Counted from the first letter of the stretch, positions 53,445 through 63,900 are shown. The stretch: DNA of 64,000 nt from Candidatus Acidiferrales bacterium (GCA_050018375.1 JBEKAE010000010.1:48808-112807), one strand, 5' to 3'. The notes: a model not told the origin generated them from the letters alone. Translations and numbers: made by a program.

Positions 53445-54158
53445 TTGGCGCAGCATATTTCCCGCAAGGAACTGAAGAAGGACGAGATTCGCGAGACGCT
53501 GGCTCATGGCGCGGAAGCCGTCCTTTCGCATCAGCAGCTCACCCTATACATTTTAATCGCCGCCGTGGTTGTCGCCGTGGGCGTATTCGGCTGGCGCACT
53601 TACGCGCAGCGGCAGACCGTAAAGGCTTCCGCAGCATTTGATAGCGCCATGAAGGTCTTCCAGGCGCCGGTTGGAACGCCACCCACGCCGGGCGAACCGT
53701 CCTACGCGGACGACAAGCAGAAATTCACTGCCGCGGAAAAGCAGTTCTCCGATGTGGCCTCGAAATACCCCAGAACGCGCTTCGGCCAGCTGGCGGGTTA
53801 CTACGCGGCGCTCAGCTTCGAAAAGCTCGACAATACAGCCGATGCGAAGAAACTGCTCGACGGCCTCACGAACGCTAGCGATGAAGAAGTTGCCGGTTTG
53901 GCGCGGTTTGAACTCGCTGGCATCGACGACCGCATCGGCCAGGGCGATGACGCCGTCAAGCTCTACCAGGGCTTGATCGCGAAGCCGACGGTGCTCGTGC
54001 CCAAACCGGTCGTCATGCTGGCGCTTGCCCAGCACTACGCCCAGAGCAACCCTTCCGAGGCGGCAAAGCTTCTCCAGCAGATCAAGTCCGATTACCCCGA
54101 TACGCCGATCGCCGAACAGGCGGATCAGGCGCTCGCACTTCTGCCAAGCAAGTCTTGA
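53445..54158 (+). CDS. membrane-anchored TPR-like protein (YfgM-like)
   Basis: N-terminus KKDEIRETLAHG, single TM helix (LYILIAAVVVAVGVFGW), TPR-like helical C-domain. TTG start. Confidence 0.5.
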   Translation: MAQHISRKELKKDEIRETLAHGAEAVLSHQQLTLYILIAAVVVAVGVFGWRTYAQRQTVKASAAFDSAMKVFQAPVGTPPTPGEPSYADDKQKFTAAEKQFSDVASKYPRTRFGQLAGYYAALSFEKLDNTADAKKLLDGLTNASDEEVAGLARFELAGIDDRIGQGDDAVKLYQGLIAKPTVLVPKPVVMLALAQHYAQSNPSEAAKLLQQIKSDYPDTPIAEQADQALALLPSKS

Positions 54159-54174
54159 AATTCCGATTCGTCCT

Positions 54175-54531
54175 TCAGCGTTTTTTCGTCCGAGACGTCT
54201 CGGGGGCGACAAGGTCGTAGCTGCCCTTGACGAGTCCGCGGATTTCACGCCAGTTCAGCGGTGCGGCGTGGACCCGCAACGTGACCCATCCGTGCTTGCC
54301 TATGTAGGGCGTGCGGAAAAACCGGGAGTCGTCCAAAAACACGCCCTGGAGCAGCGTCCCTACTTTCAGGCAGATGCCGAGTTCGCCTTTGTATTCCTCG
54401 AGCACGGCGAATGTCTTCCCCTGCACTTGAAATGTCGGATGGCCGAAAGTGACCGTCTCCGCGGTCTTCGGCAGGCTCAGGCAGATCTTTCGCAGCTTAC
54501 CGAGGATCGTCTTTTCCGCGAGCACGCGCAC
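54175..54531 (-). CDS. MmcQ/YjbR family protein
   Basis: LRKICLSLPKTAETVTFGHPTFQVQGKTFAVL...KHGWVTLRV matches the YjbR-type pattern. Confidence 0.6.
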   Translation of the reverse strand: MRVLAEKTILGKLRKICLSLPKTAETVTFGHPTFQVQGKTFAVLEEYKGELGICLKVGTLLQGVFLDDSRFFRTPYIGKHGWVTLRVHAAPLNWREIRGLVKGSYDLVAPETSRTKKR

Positions 54532-54602
54532 ATCATATCAGCCGTCATTCGCGGACGCAGCCGGAGCAGGAAAGTAGCCGAGGCGCGCTCCGATACACTA
54601 GA

Positions 54603-55748
54603 ATGAGTGTGATGCCGCTTGCATCCTATGCCATGGACGTGCGGCGCTCGCGCGGCCGGCGTTACTCCGAATCGCAACACCCTTACCGCAACGACTACGC
54701 GCGCGATCGCGACCGCGTGATCCATTCCCGCGCCTTTCGCCGCCTCGAAGCGAAAACGCAGGTTTTCACCACGCGCTTCTCCGATCATTTCCGCAACCGG
54801 CTCACGCACACGCTCGAAGTGGCGCAGATTGCGCGCACCGTGGCCGCTGCCCTGGAACTCAACACCGACCTTGCTGAAGCTCTCGCGCTTGTTCATGACA
54901 TCGGCCATCCGCCGTTCGGCCACGCCGGCGAGCGGCAGCTCGACGCGCGCATGCGCGAGCATGGCGACCGCTTCGACCACAATCTCCACGCACTGCGAAT
55001 TGTCGAGCAGTTCGAGCAGCGCTATCTTGACTTCCCCGGCCTGAACCTCACGTTCGAGGTGCGCGAGGGAATCATCAAACATTCGCGGGACTATTCTGCC
55101 GCGCAATTTCCGGCGCTCGCCGAATATCTTCTCGACGAGAGGCCGCCGCTCGAAGCGCAACTCATCGATCTGGTCGACGAGATCGCTTACAACACGGCCG
55201 ACCTCGACGATAGCTTCGAGGCGCGCGTCCTCGACTTCGATCAGCTCCGCGCGGAAGTGCCGGTGTTCGAGGCGGCCTACACAGATGTGGATCGCCGCTA
55301 CCCGCAGGGCTTGCGCAAACTGAAATTCAACGAAGCGCTGAAGCACGTCCTCGATCGTCTCGCAACGGATCTGATCGAAAACACACTCCGCCAAGTACAG
55401 GAGAGCGGCGTGGAGACCGTCGAGGACGTGCGGCGTCACGCGAATCGGCTTGCGGGGTTTTCATCCGGCGCGGCCCGAGACGACGCCAGCCTGAAGCAAT
55501 TTCTCAACGCGCGCGTTTACTCACATCCGATTATTTCCGAGGAACGCGGCCGCTCGATCGCCGCACTCGATGCGCTGTTCCGCTTTTTTCTTGACCACCC
55601 GGACCGCATGCCGAACTATTACGCCGAAATGGCGCAGAGCGAGCCGCGCCACCGCGTCGTCTGCGATTACATCGCCGGGATGACCGACCACTTCCTTCTT
55701 CGCCAGTGCCGCGAGCTTCTGGGAGCCCCCTTGACGTCCGTCTCGTAG
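54603..55748 (+). CDS. dgt: dGTPase-family HD-domain triphosphohydrolase
   Basis: FARDRDRVIHSRAFRRLEAKTQVF, NRLTHTLEVAQIAR, VHDIGHPPFGHAGE. Confidence 0.85.
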   Translation: MSVMPLASYAMDVRRSRGRRYSESQHPYRNDYARDRDRVIHSRAFRRLEAKTQVFTTRFSDHFRNRLTHTLEVAQIARTVAAALELNTDLAEALALVHDIGHPPFGHAGERQLDARMREHGDRFDHNLHALRIVEQFEQRYLDFPGLNLTFEVREGIIKHSRDYSAAQFPALAEYLLDERPPLEAQLIDLVDEIAYNTADLDDSFEARVLDFDQLRAEVPVFEAAYTDVDRRYPQGLRKLKFNEALKHVLDRLATDLIENTLRQVQESGVETVEDVRRHANRLAGFSSGAARDDASLKQFLNARVYSHPIISEERGRSIAALDALFRFFLDHPDRMPNYYAEMAQSEPRHRVVCDYIAGMTDHFLLRQCRELLGAPLTSVS

Positions 55749-55833
55749 CGTCGATACCTGTCGCATCCAGCGTTGGCTTGTGGGCATCAAAGGTGCTTTC
55801 GACGGTAACACTCGCTTGAAACCGGGGATCGGA

Positions 55834-56289
55834 ATGGACCTGACCATACGCGAAGCCACCATCGATGATTTGGATGAACTTGTGCCTTTGTTTGACGTAT
55901 ACCGGCAATTCTATCGGCAGCCCTCTGACCTCGCGATGGCTCGAGATTTCCTGTCAGAGAGGATCAAGCGCCAACAATCGATCATCTTCATGGCGTTCAG
56001 TTCCGATAGCAGGGGCCTTGGTTTTACGCAGCTTTACCCAAGCTTTTCGTCGGCGAGTGCGGCGCGAATCTACATCCTCAATGACCTATTTGTGACGCCT
56101 GCCGCGCGCGGCAAGGGCATCGGCGCGCGGTTGCTAAGGCAGGCTGAAGAATTCGGTCGCGCCGCCGGCGCCGTGCGCCTAAGGCTTTCGACGGAGATCA
56201 GCAACGTCAAAGCGCAAACGCTGTATGAGTTGCTCGGCTGGAAACGCGACACCACGTTCTGTGAATACAATCTGGGGCTAGCGTCGTAA
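55834..56289 (+). CDS. GNAT family N-acetyltransferase
   Basis: MDLTIREATIDDLDELV...LFVTPAARGKGIGARLL carries the acetyl-CoA motif A Q/RxxGxG/A. Confidence 0.75.
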   Translation: MDLTIREATIDDLDELVPLFDVYRQFYRQPSDLAMARDFLSERIKRQQSIIFMAFSSDSRGLGFTQLYPSFSSASAARIYILNDLFVTPAARGKGIGARLLRQAEEFGRAAGAVRLRLSTEISNVKAQTLYELLGWKRDTTFCEYNLGLAS

Positions 56290-56332
56290 TTCCGGGCGCG
56301 TGTCGCCGCGGAACCTTGCGCGGGGCGCTTCC

Positions 56333-56360
56333 TTGACACGGCTCGCGGCAGACATATAAT
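56333..56360 (+). promoter_or_regulatory. consensus sigma70 promoter of the yceD-rpmF-plsX-fab cluster
   Basis: TTGACA (56333-56338), 16 nt, TATAAT (56355-56360). It lies 33 nt upstream of the yceD ATG. Confidence 0.65.
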
Positions 56361-56393
56361 GGCGTTTAATCTTCAGGATGTCGGGGAAATTAC

Positions 56394-56927
56394 ATGTTTC
56401 TGGATGTGAATGAACTGGCAGTCCGAAAGACCCGCATCCGGAAAAGCTACGCCCCGGGTACTCTCGACTTCCATTCCGGCGAATTCCGCCAGGTCGAACC
56501 GCTGGAAGTGCGTGCAACCGCAGAGCTTGTAGACGGTCAGATCCGCATCTATGGCAACCTCCACACGCGGGTCGAACTGGTCTGCGCGCGCTGCCTCGAC
56601 ACGGTCGTCGAAGAGATCAGCCGCGACTTCGATCTTTTCTACCGCCCGATGACCTCGATCGCGCAGGATGAGGAAGTCCACCTGGCCCTGGACGATACCG
56701 AGATTGCCTTCTTCGAGGGAGACGGTTTGTTTCTCGCCGACGTCCTCGCCGAACAGGTGAACCTCGCGCTGCCCATGAAGGTGATTTGCTCGAGTGACTG
56801 CCGCGGGCTGTGTCCGCACTGCGGCGCGAATCTCAATAACGAGGAGTGCCGCTGCGAAAAAAACGGCGGCGATCCCAGGCTCGCCCCGCTCGCCCGGTTG
56901 AAGCAGGACTGGTTCAAGAAGCAATAA
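56394..56927 (+). CDS. yceD: YceD family (DUF177) ribosome-maturation protein
   Basis: ...VCARCLD...CSSDCRGLCPHCGANLN carries the typical DUF177 Cys motifs. It has the conserved position upstream of rpmF. Confidence 0.8.
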   Translation: MFLDVNELAVRKTRIRKSYAPGTLDFHSGEFRQVEPLEVRATAELVDGQIRIYGNLHTRVELVCARCLDTVVEEISRDFDLFYRPMTSIAQDEEVHLALDDTEIAFFEGDGLFLADVLAEQVNLALPMKVICSSDCRGLCPHCGANLNNEECRCEKNGGDPRLAPLARLKQDWFKKQ

Positions 56928-56991
56928 AACGCTACACTATCTCTTTCCATATCGGGTCGCCCTGAGTCGCGGCCTGTCACGAGGAGCCGGA

Positions 56992-57180
56992 ATGCCCAAT
57001 CCAAAGCGACGCCATTCGAAAAGGCGCACTTCCAATCGTCGCGCCCACGATCATCTTCATCCTCTATCTTTGGCCGAATGCCCGAATTGCCACGAGAAGA
57101 AGCTGCCCCACCGGGCGTGTTCCAAGTGTGGCTATTATAAGGGCCGCGAAGTGATTGACACCGCGGGCAAGACAGCCTAA
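56992..57180 (+). CDS. rpmF: 50S ribosomal protein L32
   Basis: MPNPKRRHSKRRTSNRRAH...CPNCHEKKLPHRACSKCGYYKGREV. Confidence 0.95.
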   Translation: MPNPKRRHSKRRTSNRRAHDHLHPLSLAECPNCHEKKLPHRACSKCGYYKGREVIDTAGKTA

Positions 57181-57227
57181 GTTTCCCTCGCCTGCCGTCC
57201 CCAGTCGGCGCTCCGCTCGGAGAATAG

Positions 57228-58244
57228 ATGATCACCGTTGCTCTCGATGCTATGGGTGGCGACCATGCGCCTCGCACGGAGGTGGAAGGCGCGATTCTGG
57301 CCGCGCGCGAACTGAACGTGCGCGTTCTGCTGGTCGGCGTCGAAGCCACCGTTCGCCACGAGCTGGCCCGCCACAAGCACGACGGCCTGCCCATCGAGGT
57401 CGTGAACGCCAACCAGATCATCACAATGAGCGACTCGCCCTCGCAAGCCTTTCGCCGCAAGAAGGATAGCTCGCTGCACGTGGCCGCGCGCCTCGTGCGC
57501 GACGGCAAAGCCGAAGCGCTTGTGAGCGCGGGCAATACGGGCGCGGTGATGACGGTGGCGCGCTTCGTGCTCGGCACGCTGCCTTCGGTCGATCGCCCGG
57601 CGCTCGCCGCGGCGTTTCCAAACATGAAGGAAAAGGTATCGGTGATTCTCGACGTCGGCGCCAACGTCGATTCGAAGCCAGAGCAAATCGAGCAGTTCGC
57701 CGTGATGGGTGAAATCTATTACCGCACCATCTGGGGCGTGAAACGGCCGCGCGTCGCTCTGCTTTCGATCGGTGAGGAAGAAATGAAGGGCAACGAGCTC
57801 ACGCGCGAGGCCGCCAACCGGCTGAAGCAGACCTCGCTCAATTTCACCGGCAACGTGGAGGGCCGCGACGTCTTCCGCGGAAACGTGGAGGTCATCGTCT
57901 GCGACGGCTTCATTGGGAACATCGCGCTCAAGATCAGTGAAGGCGTCGTCGAGCACCTCGGCGGGATGCTGAAGAAGGCGATCAAGAGCAGCCTCACCTC
58001 GAAGCTTGGCTACGCGCTTTCGAAGCGCGCGTTCGAAGCTTTCCGCAAGCGCACCGACTATTCCGAATATGGCGGCGCTCCACTCCTAGGAGTTCGCGGC
58101 ATCACCGTCATCGGCCACGGCCGCTCGAACCCCAACGCGATCAAGAACGCCATTCGAGTGGCGGTTGAACTCTGCCGCTCGCACGTCAACGAGAAAATCG
58201 AACAGGAGCTTTCCGCTGCCGCCGCTGTCCCCGTCCGCGGCTGA
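57228..58244 (+). CDS. plsX: phosphate acyltransferase PlsX
   Basis: [15 protein letters not shown]...SAGNTGAVM...VCDGFIGN...GAPLLG. Confidence 0.95.
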   Translation: MITVALDAMGGDHAPRTEVEGAILAARELNVRVLLVGVEATVRHELARHKHDGLPIEVVNANQIITMSDSPSQAFRRKKDSSLHVAARLVRDGKAEALVSAGNTGAVMTVARFVLGTLPSVDRPALAAAFPNMKEKVSVILDVGANVDSKPEQIEQFAVMGEIYYRTIWGVKRPRVALLSIGEEEMKGNELTREAANRLKQTSLNFTGNVEGRDVFRGNVEVIVCDGFIGNIALKISEGVVEHLGGMLKKAIKSSLTSKLGYALSKRAFEAFRKRTDYSEYGGAPLLGVRGITVIGHGRSNPNAIKNAIRVAVELCRSHVNEKIEQELSAAAAVPVRG

Positions 58245-58267
58245 GCCGACCGGAAATCGCCATCGCC

Positions 58268-59227
58268 ATGAGCAAGCTCGCTTTTCTTTTTCCGGGCCAG
58301 GCCTCGCAGTATCCCGGCATGGGCAGCGACCTCGCCGCGAATTTCCCCGAATCGCGCTCTGTGTTCGACGAAGCCGACGCCACGCTCGGATTCCCGATCT
58401 CGAAACTTTGCTTTGAAGGGCCCGAAGAGACGCTCAAGCTGACAGAAAACACGCAGCCGGCCATCCTGACGGTTTCCATGGCGGCGTACCGTGCGCTCGA
58501 AAAGCGCGGTGTCACGCCGGAACTCGTCGCGGGACACAGCCTCGGCGAATACTCGGCGCTCGTGGCCGCAGGTGCGCTTGCGTTCGCCGATGCCGTGCGG
58601 CTGGCGCGACATCGCGGCCAATACATGCAGGAGGTGGTGCCAGCAGGCGAAGGCGCGATGGCCGCGATTCTGGGGCTTTCCCCGGCGGACGTCGCGGAAA
58701 TCTGCAAGAAGGCCGCGGACGGCGAAGTGGTCTCCCCGGCAAATCTGAATTCGCCCGAGCAGATCGTGATTTCCGGGCATGCGGCCGCCGTCAAGCGAGC
58801 GGTTGAAATCGCCTCGCAATCGGGCGCCAAGCGCGCCGTGATGCTTCCTGTGTCGGCGCCCTTCCACTGCGCGCTGATGGCTCCGGCGCAGAAGCGCTTT
58901 GAGCCGGACCTGCGCGCGACGAAATTCAATGCGCTGCGCTTTCCCGTCATCACCAACGTGGACGCGGAAGCCATCGAGTCCGGCGACGAAGCGCGCGAAG
59001 CGCTGATCCGCCAGGTGACCCTGCCGGTCCGCTGGCTTGATTCAGTGCACGAGATGATCGACAGCGGCGTGAAGATCTTTGTCGAAGTCGGGCCGGGCAA
59101 GGTTCTTTCTGGACTGCTGCGGCAGATCGACCGTTCGGTCCGCTGCTTCAACGTTGAAGACGCCGCCAGCCTGCACGCGACGCTCGACAAGATCGCCCAG
59201 GCGCGCGCCGAATCGTCCGAAAGCTAG
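58268..59227 (+). CDS. fabD: ACP S-malonyltransferase
   Basis: LFPGQASQYPGMG, TENTQPAIL, active-site GHSLGEYSAL. Confidence 0.95.
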   Translation: MSKLAFLFPGQASQYPGMGSDLAANFPESRSVFDEADATLGFPISKLCFEGPEETLKLTENTQPAILTVSMAAYRALEKRGVTPELVAGHSLGEYSALVAAGALAFADAVRLARHRGQYMQEVVPAGEGAMAAILGLSPADVAEICKKAADGEVVSPANLNSPEQIVISGHAAAVKRAVEIASQSGAKRAVMLPVSAPFHCALMAPAQKRFEPDLRATKFNALRFPVITNVDAEAIESGDEAREALIRQVTLPVRWLDSVHEMIDSGVKIFVEVGPGKVLSGLLRQIDRSVRCFNVEDAASLHATLDKIAQARAESSES

Positions 59228-59238
59228 GTTCCCATTTT

Positions 59239-59985
59239 ATGTTTTCGCTCAAAGACAAAGTTGCTCTCGTCACCGGCGCGTCGCAAGGCATCGGCCGCGC
59301 AACATCGCTCGCGCTCGCGCAGGCCGGCGCCAAAGTCGCGGTTGCCGCGCGCAGCGCGGATAAGCTTGCCTCGCTCGTCGGCGAAATCGAGGCTGCGGGA
59401 GGCGTGGCGCTCGCCGTGCCGATGGACGTGGCCGACGCAGCGCAGATAAAGACCGGCTTCCAGCAAGTCCTCGCGAAATTCGGCAGGCTCGATATTCTCG
59501 TGAACAACGCCGCAGTCACGCGCGACACTCTCGCGCTCCGGATGAAGCTCGAAGATTGGGAGTCCGTGCTGCGCACGAACCTGACGGGCGCGCATCTCTG
59601 CATCCAGCAAGCTTTGGGCGCGATGCTCAAGCAGCGCTCCGGCCGCATCATCAATCTCTCTTCCGTCGTCGCCGAGACCGGGAATGCCGGCCAGGCGAAC
59701 TACGTGGCGTCGAAGGCCGGGTTGATCGGACTCACGCGCGCGATCGCCGTCGAGGTCGCCTCGCGCAACATCACCGTCAACGCCGTCGCGCCAGGCTTCA
59801 TCGAGACGCCGATGACCGATCCGCTGCCGCAGGAATTGAAAGACAAAATGAAATCGCTTATCCCGCTCGGCCGCCTCGGCAGCGACCGCGACGTTGCCGC
59901 CGCCATCGTCTTTCTCGCGAGCGACGAAGCCGCCTACATCACCGGGCACGTGCTCGACGTCAACGGCGGCTTGCACATGGGATGA
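59239..59985 (+). CDS. fabG: 3-oxoacyl-ACP reductase
   Basis: ALVTGASQGIGRA, NNAAVT, SSVVAETGNAGQANYVASKAG (the YxxxK motif). Confidence 0.9.
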   Translation: MFSLKDKVALVTGASQGIGRATSLALAQAGAKVAVAARSADKLASLVGEIEAAGGVALAVPMDVADAAQIKTGFQQVLAKFGRLDILVNNAAVTRDTLALRMKLEDWESVLRTNLTGAHLCIQQALGAMLKQRSGRIINLSSVVAETGNAGQANYVASKAGLIGLTRAIAVEVASRNITVNAVAPGFIETPMTDPLPQELKDKMKSLIPLGRLGSDRDVAAAIVFLASDEAAYITGHVLDVNGGLHMG

Positions 59986-60039
59986 CACGGGATCGCGATG
60001 CAGTCTCGCTGTTGCATCCGGCGAGAAGCGGGACTAAGG

Positions 60040-60068
60040 TTGACCCTGCGATACGCCGCGCATAGAAT
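60040..60068 (+). promoter_or_regulatory. sigma70-type promoter upstream of acpP
   Basis: TTGACC (60040-60045), 17 nt, TAGAAT (60063-60068). Confidence 0.5.
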
Positions 60069-60152
60069 GGGCGAGTCAAATGCGGGGCGCAACCGTTGCC
60101 TGGCACGCCGCCCCTCGTGGCGGAGACAGCCGAAACCGGAGGAACAATCAGA

Positions 60153-60398
60153 ATGGCCAGCGTCGAAGAGCGCGTGAAGCAGATTATCGTCGAGCAGCTC
60201 GGTGTGGATGAAGGCGAAGTGACTCCCAGCGCTTCGTTTGTGGACGACCTCGGCGCCGACTCGCTCGACACCGTCGAGCTGGTGATGGCCTTCGAAGAAG
60301 CGTTCGGAGTCGAGATTCCGGATGAGGATGCCGAAAAGATTGCCACGGTGAAGGACGCCATCGAGTACATCGAGAAGCACGCCAAGGCAAGCAAGTAG
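60153..60398 (+). CDS. acpP: acyl carrier protein
   Basis: ...[19 protein letters not shown]... carries the DSL phosphopantetheine site. ATG at 60153 with GGAGG upstream. Confidence 0.95.
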   Translation: MASVEERVKQIIVEQLGVDEGEVTPSASFVDDLGADSLDTVELVMAFEEAFGVEIPDEDAEKIATVKDAIEYIEKHAKASK

Positions 60399-60438
60399 TC
60401 CGCCGGTCGTCCCCATTCCGAAACAGGAGAGCTTTCCT

Positions 60439-61683
60439 TTGAACCGCCGAGTTGTCGTGACGGGCGTTGGTTTGGTCTGCGGATGTGGCATCGGGACCGA
60501 AGAAACCTGGCGCAACCTGCTGGCCGGAAAGAGCGGCATCGGCCGGGTCACGCAATTTGACATTGCCGGCTTCGATTGCCAGATCGCCGGCGAGGTGAAG
60601 GGTTTCGATCCGCTGAACTGGGTCGAGAAAAAAGAGCTGAAGAAGATGGCCCGGTTCATTCAGATCGCTATGGCCTCGTCGGATTTCGCGATACGCATGT
60701 CCGGTCTGGAGATCACGCCGGGAATTGCCGATTCGACGGGAGTCTACATCGGTTCGGGCATCGGCGGATTCGACGTCATCGAGCGGGAGCATTCGAAGTA
60801 CCTGCATGGCGGTCCCGGCAAGATTTCCCCGTTTTTCATTCCTTCGGCAATCGTGAATCTCGCGGCGGGCAACGTCTCGATCCGCTATGGCGCGAAGGGA
60901 CCGAATTCGGCCACGGCCACGGCTTGCTCCGCTGGGGCTCATGCGGTCGGCGACGCTTTCAAAATCATCCAGCGCTGCGCTGCGGAAGTGATGATTGCGG
61001 GCGGGTCGGAGGCAGCTGTGACGCCGATGAGCATTGGCGGCTTCGGCGCGATGCGCGCGCTTTCGACCCGCAATGACGAGCCCGAGCGCGCCAGCCGCCC
61101 GTTCGATGCCGATCGCGATGGTTTCGTCGTCGGCGAAGGCGCGGGCGTGCTGATTCTCGAATCGCTCGAATTTGCCCAGCGCCGCGGCGCGAACATCATC
61201 GCCGAAATCACCGGCTACGGGATGTCCGGCGACGCGTACCATATCACGCAGCCCGCCGAGGGAGGCGACGGCGGCTATCGCGTGTCGATGGCGGCCATCA
61301 AGGACGCCAAAATTACGCCGGATGACGTCAGTTACGTCAACGCGCATGGCACGTCGACGCCCCTGGGCGACGCGATCGAAACGGCGGCGCTCAAGCGAGT
61401 CTTTGGCGAGCGCGCGAAAAAGGTACCCATCAGCTCGACAAAGTCGATGACGGGGCATCTTCTCGGCGGGGCGGGCGGACTTGAAGCCGGGATCAGCGTT
61501 TTGGCGCTGCGCGACCAGATCGTTCCGCCGACGATCAATCAGGAGACTCCCGATCCTGCGTGCGATCTCGATTACGTCCCCAACAAGGCGCGGAAAACAG
61601 AAGTCACGTACGCCCTCTCGAATTCTTTCGGCTTTGGCGGGACGAACGCGTCTCTGCTGTTCAAGCGCTGGGAAGGGCGCTGA
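60439..61683 (+). CDS. fabF: 3-oxoacyl-ACP synthase II
   Basis: RRVVVTGVG...ATACSAGAHA (active Cys)...NAHGTSTP...KSMTGHLLGGAG. TTG start. Confidence 0.95.
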   Translation: MNRRVVVTGVGLVCGCGIGTEETWRNLLAGKSGIGRVTQFDIAGFDCQIAGEVKGFDPLNWVEKKELKKMARFIQIAMASSDFAIRMSGLEITPGIADSTGVYIGSGIGGFDVIEREHSKYLHGGPGKISPFFIPSAIVNLAAGNVSIRYGAKGPNSATATACSAGAHAVGDAFKIIQRCAAEVMIAGGSEAAVTPMSIGGFGAMRALSTRNDEPERASRPFDADRDGFVVGEGAGVLILESLEFAQRRGANIIAEITGYGMSGDAYHITQPAEGGDGGYRVSMAAIKDAKITPDDVSYVNAHGTSTPLGDAIETAALKRVFGERAKKVPISSTKSMTGHLLGGAGGLEAGISVLALRDQIVPPTINQETPDPACDLDYVPNKARKTEVTYALSNSFGFGGTNASLLFKRWEGR

Positions 61684-61689
61684 TCCTCC

Positions 61690-62460
61690 ATGAAAATCGC
61701 CGTTTGCATAAAGCAGGTTCCCGCCAAGGATGCGCCGCTGACGATTGTGGAAGGCGGCGCATGGATTCGCGAATCCGACATCGGATTTGAGACCAACGAG
61801 CCCGATAGCTACGCGCTCGAGGAAGCGCTGCGCCTCAAAGAAAAGCACGGCGGCGAGGTGGTTGCGATCTCGATGGGTCCCGAGCGCGCGAAGCAGACCA
61901 TCAAGGAAGCGCTCGCCAAGGGCGCCGAACGCGGAATCCATATCGCCGACAACGAATTCTACAAGCTGGACCCGCTTGCGTCGGCCCGCTCGCTCGCTGC
62001 GGCGATCCAGGACGAGAATTTTGACCTGATCCTCACCGGCCTCCAGAGCGACGACCAGGGTTTCGGTCAGACCGGTGTGCTGCTCGCCGAATTGCTCGGC
62101 CGGCCCCATGCGACGCTCATCATGCAAATCGAAATAACCGATGGCCGCATGAAGCTGAAGCGCGAGCTCGAAGCCGGATGGTTCCAGTGGGTCGAGCTGC
62201 CGCTACCGGCCGTGCTCACGATCCAGTCCGGTATCAACAAGCCCCGCTACGCCACGCTCAAGGGGATCATGGCGGCGAAGAAGAAAGAGATCACAACCGT
62301 CGAGCGCGCGTCGCTCGGCGTTCCGGATTCGCGGACGCAGCAGGTCGAGCGCATCTACGTCCCCCAGAAGACGAAAAAGACGGAATTCCTGACGGGGTCG
62401 CCCAAAGAGATCGCGGCCAAGCTGATCGAAAAACTGAAACACGAAGCCAGAGTGCTATAG
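61690..62460 (+). CDS. etfB: electron transfer flavoprotein beta subunit
   Basis: MKIAVCIKQVP...NEPDSYALEEALRLKE...DLILTGLQSDD. Confidence 0.9.
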   Translation: MKIAVCIKQVPAKDAPLTIVEGGAWIRESDIGFETNEPDSYALEEALRLKEKHGGEVVAISMGPERAKQTIKEALAKGAERGIHIADNEFYKLDPLASARSLAAAIQDENFDLILTGLQSDDQGFGQTGVLLAELLGRPHATLIMQIEITDGRMKLKRELEAGWFQWVELPLPAVLTIQSGINKPRYATLKGIMAAKKKEITTVERASLGVPDSRTQQVERIYVPQKTKKTEFLTGSPKEIAAKLIEKLKHEARVL

Positions 62461-62490
62461 CGATCCGGCAAGGATCGAGACAAGAGTGCC

Positions 62491-63480
62491 ATGAAGATTC
62501 TCCTCATCACCGAGCAACGTGAAGACAAATGGAACAAAGTCAGTTTTGAGACGCTCGCGGCGGCCCAACAGATCGTCCAGCAAACGAACGGCACGCTCTC
62601 GGGTGCGATTGTCGGCAAGGGCGTTGCAGCGCTGGCAGACGAGCTAGCCAGTTATCAGCTCGACGAAGTTCTCCTCGTCGAGCATGACCTCCTCGAACAG
62701 TACACGCCCGACGGATTTTCACTCGCGTTGAGACAGGTGATCGAGGGTGCGAAGCCCGACCTCGTTCTGCTGCCGCACACGTATCAGGTCCGCGACTTCG
62801 CCCCAAAGCTGGCCGCGTCTCTTCAAAAAGGCATGATTGGCGACTGCATCGCCTACCGCTACGAAAGCGGCAAACTGGTTTTCGTCCGCCAGATGTTCCA
62901 AGGACGCACGGCAGCGGATGTTGTCTTCACAGGCGAGCCGCCGTGGATCGCTTCGTTTCAAGCGGGCGCATTTCGCGCCGACCTCGCGGCGAAACATGCG
63001 AGCGGGAAGGCCCCCGTCAAGGTGATGAGCCTCAACCTGAAACCGGAGCAGATTCGCACGAAGCCCCTGGAGCTTTTCCGCGAAGCAAAGCAGGCGGTGG
63101 ATCTGACGCAGGCGCCGATTTTGGTTTCGGTCGGCCGCGGCATCAAAGCGCCCGAGAATATTCAGATGGCGGAAAAGCTGGCGAAGCTGATGGGTGGAGA
63201 AATCTCCGCGTCACGTCCGATCTGCGATGAAGGCTGGCTGCCTATGGAGCGGCAGATCGGAAGCTCCGGCCAGACCGTTTCGCCAAAACTCTACCTTGCG
63301 CTCGGCATCAGCGGCGCGATCCAACACGTCGTCGGAATGAAGGGGTCGCGTACAATCGCCGCAATCAACAAAGACCCGAATGCGCCGATCTTCGAGGTCG
63401 CCGATTACGGTGTCGTCGGCGATCTATTCGAAATCGTTCCTGCGCTGATTGAAGAGATGGAGAAGAACAAGCCTGATTGA
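62491..63480 (+). CDS. etfA: electron transfer flavoprotein alpha subunit
   Basis: ...GRGI...QIGSSGQTVSPKLYLALGISGAIQHVVGM...IAAINKDPNAPIF. Confidence 0.9.
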   Translation: MKILLITEQREDKWNKVSFETLAAAQQIVQQTNGTLSGAIVGKGVAALADELASYQLDEVLLVEHDLLEQYTPDGFSLALRQVIEGAKPDLVLLPHTYQVRDFAPKLAASLQKGMIGDCIAYRYESGKLVFVRQMFQGRTAADVVFTGEPPWIASFQAGAFRADLAAKHASGKAPVKVMSLNLKPEQIRTKPLELFREAKQAVDLTQAPILVSVGRGIKAPENIQMAEKLAKLMGGEISASRPICDEGWLPMERQIGSSGQTVSPKLYLALGISGAIQHVVGMKGSRTIAAINKDPNAPIFEVADYGVVGDLFEIVPALIEEMEKNKPD

Positions 63481-63499
63481 CGATCCGGCTCCGCACGCC

Positions 63500-63889
63500 T
63501 CACTCGACGACGATCGCCTCCGCTTCAATTTCCACGAGCATTTCCGCCGAGATCAGTCGGCTGACCTCAACCATGGCCGTGGCGGGACGAATCTTGCCGA
63601 AGAACTCGCCGTGGGCACGCCCGATCTTCTCCCAGTCGGCAATATTCGTGACGAACATCCGGGTCCGCACCACATCGGACATCTTCGCACCGGCCTTCGA
63701 CAGCGCCGATTCGATGTTCCGCAGCACCTGCATCGTTTGGGCGTAGGCATCATCACCGCCCACGATCTGTCCATGCGCATCGGTCGCCGTCGTTCCCGAG
63801 ACATGAACATAAGGACCGACGCGCACCGCCCGCGAGTAGCCGATGATCGGTTCCCAGGTTGTCCCTGACGAAATCTTTTGCCTCGCCAT
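63500..63889 (-). CDS. ridA: RidA/YjgF family protein
   Basis: ...[11 protein letters not shown]...[16 protein letters not shown]...[21 protein letters not shown]. Start 63889 (GGAGG upstream) or 63901 (TAATG overlap with the upstream stop). Confidence 0.8.
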   Translation of the reverse strand: MARQKISSGTTWEPIIGYSRAVRVGPYVHVSGTTATDAHGQIVGGDDAYAQTMQVLRNIESALSKAGAKMSDVVRTRMFVTNIADWEKIGRAHGEFFGKIRPATAMVEVSRLISAEMLVEIEAEAIVVE

Positions 63890-63900
63890 TTTTCCTCCCA

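Noticed and set aside
46811-55748. Lon-like protease, ComM-type ATPase and dGTPase read together as a phage-defence island
   Set aside because: The genes are separated by ordinary housekeeping genes. They are not in one operon, show no mobile-element hallmarks, and each is a common core-genome family.
60101-60116. TGGCAC hexamers (also at 23154-23159), considered as sigma54 -24 boxes
   Set aside because: No GC or TTGC follows at the required -12 spacing.
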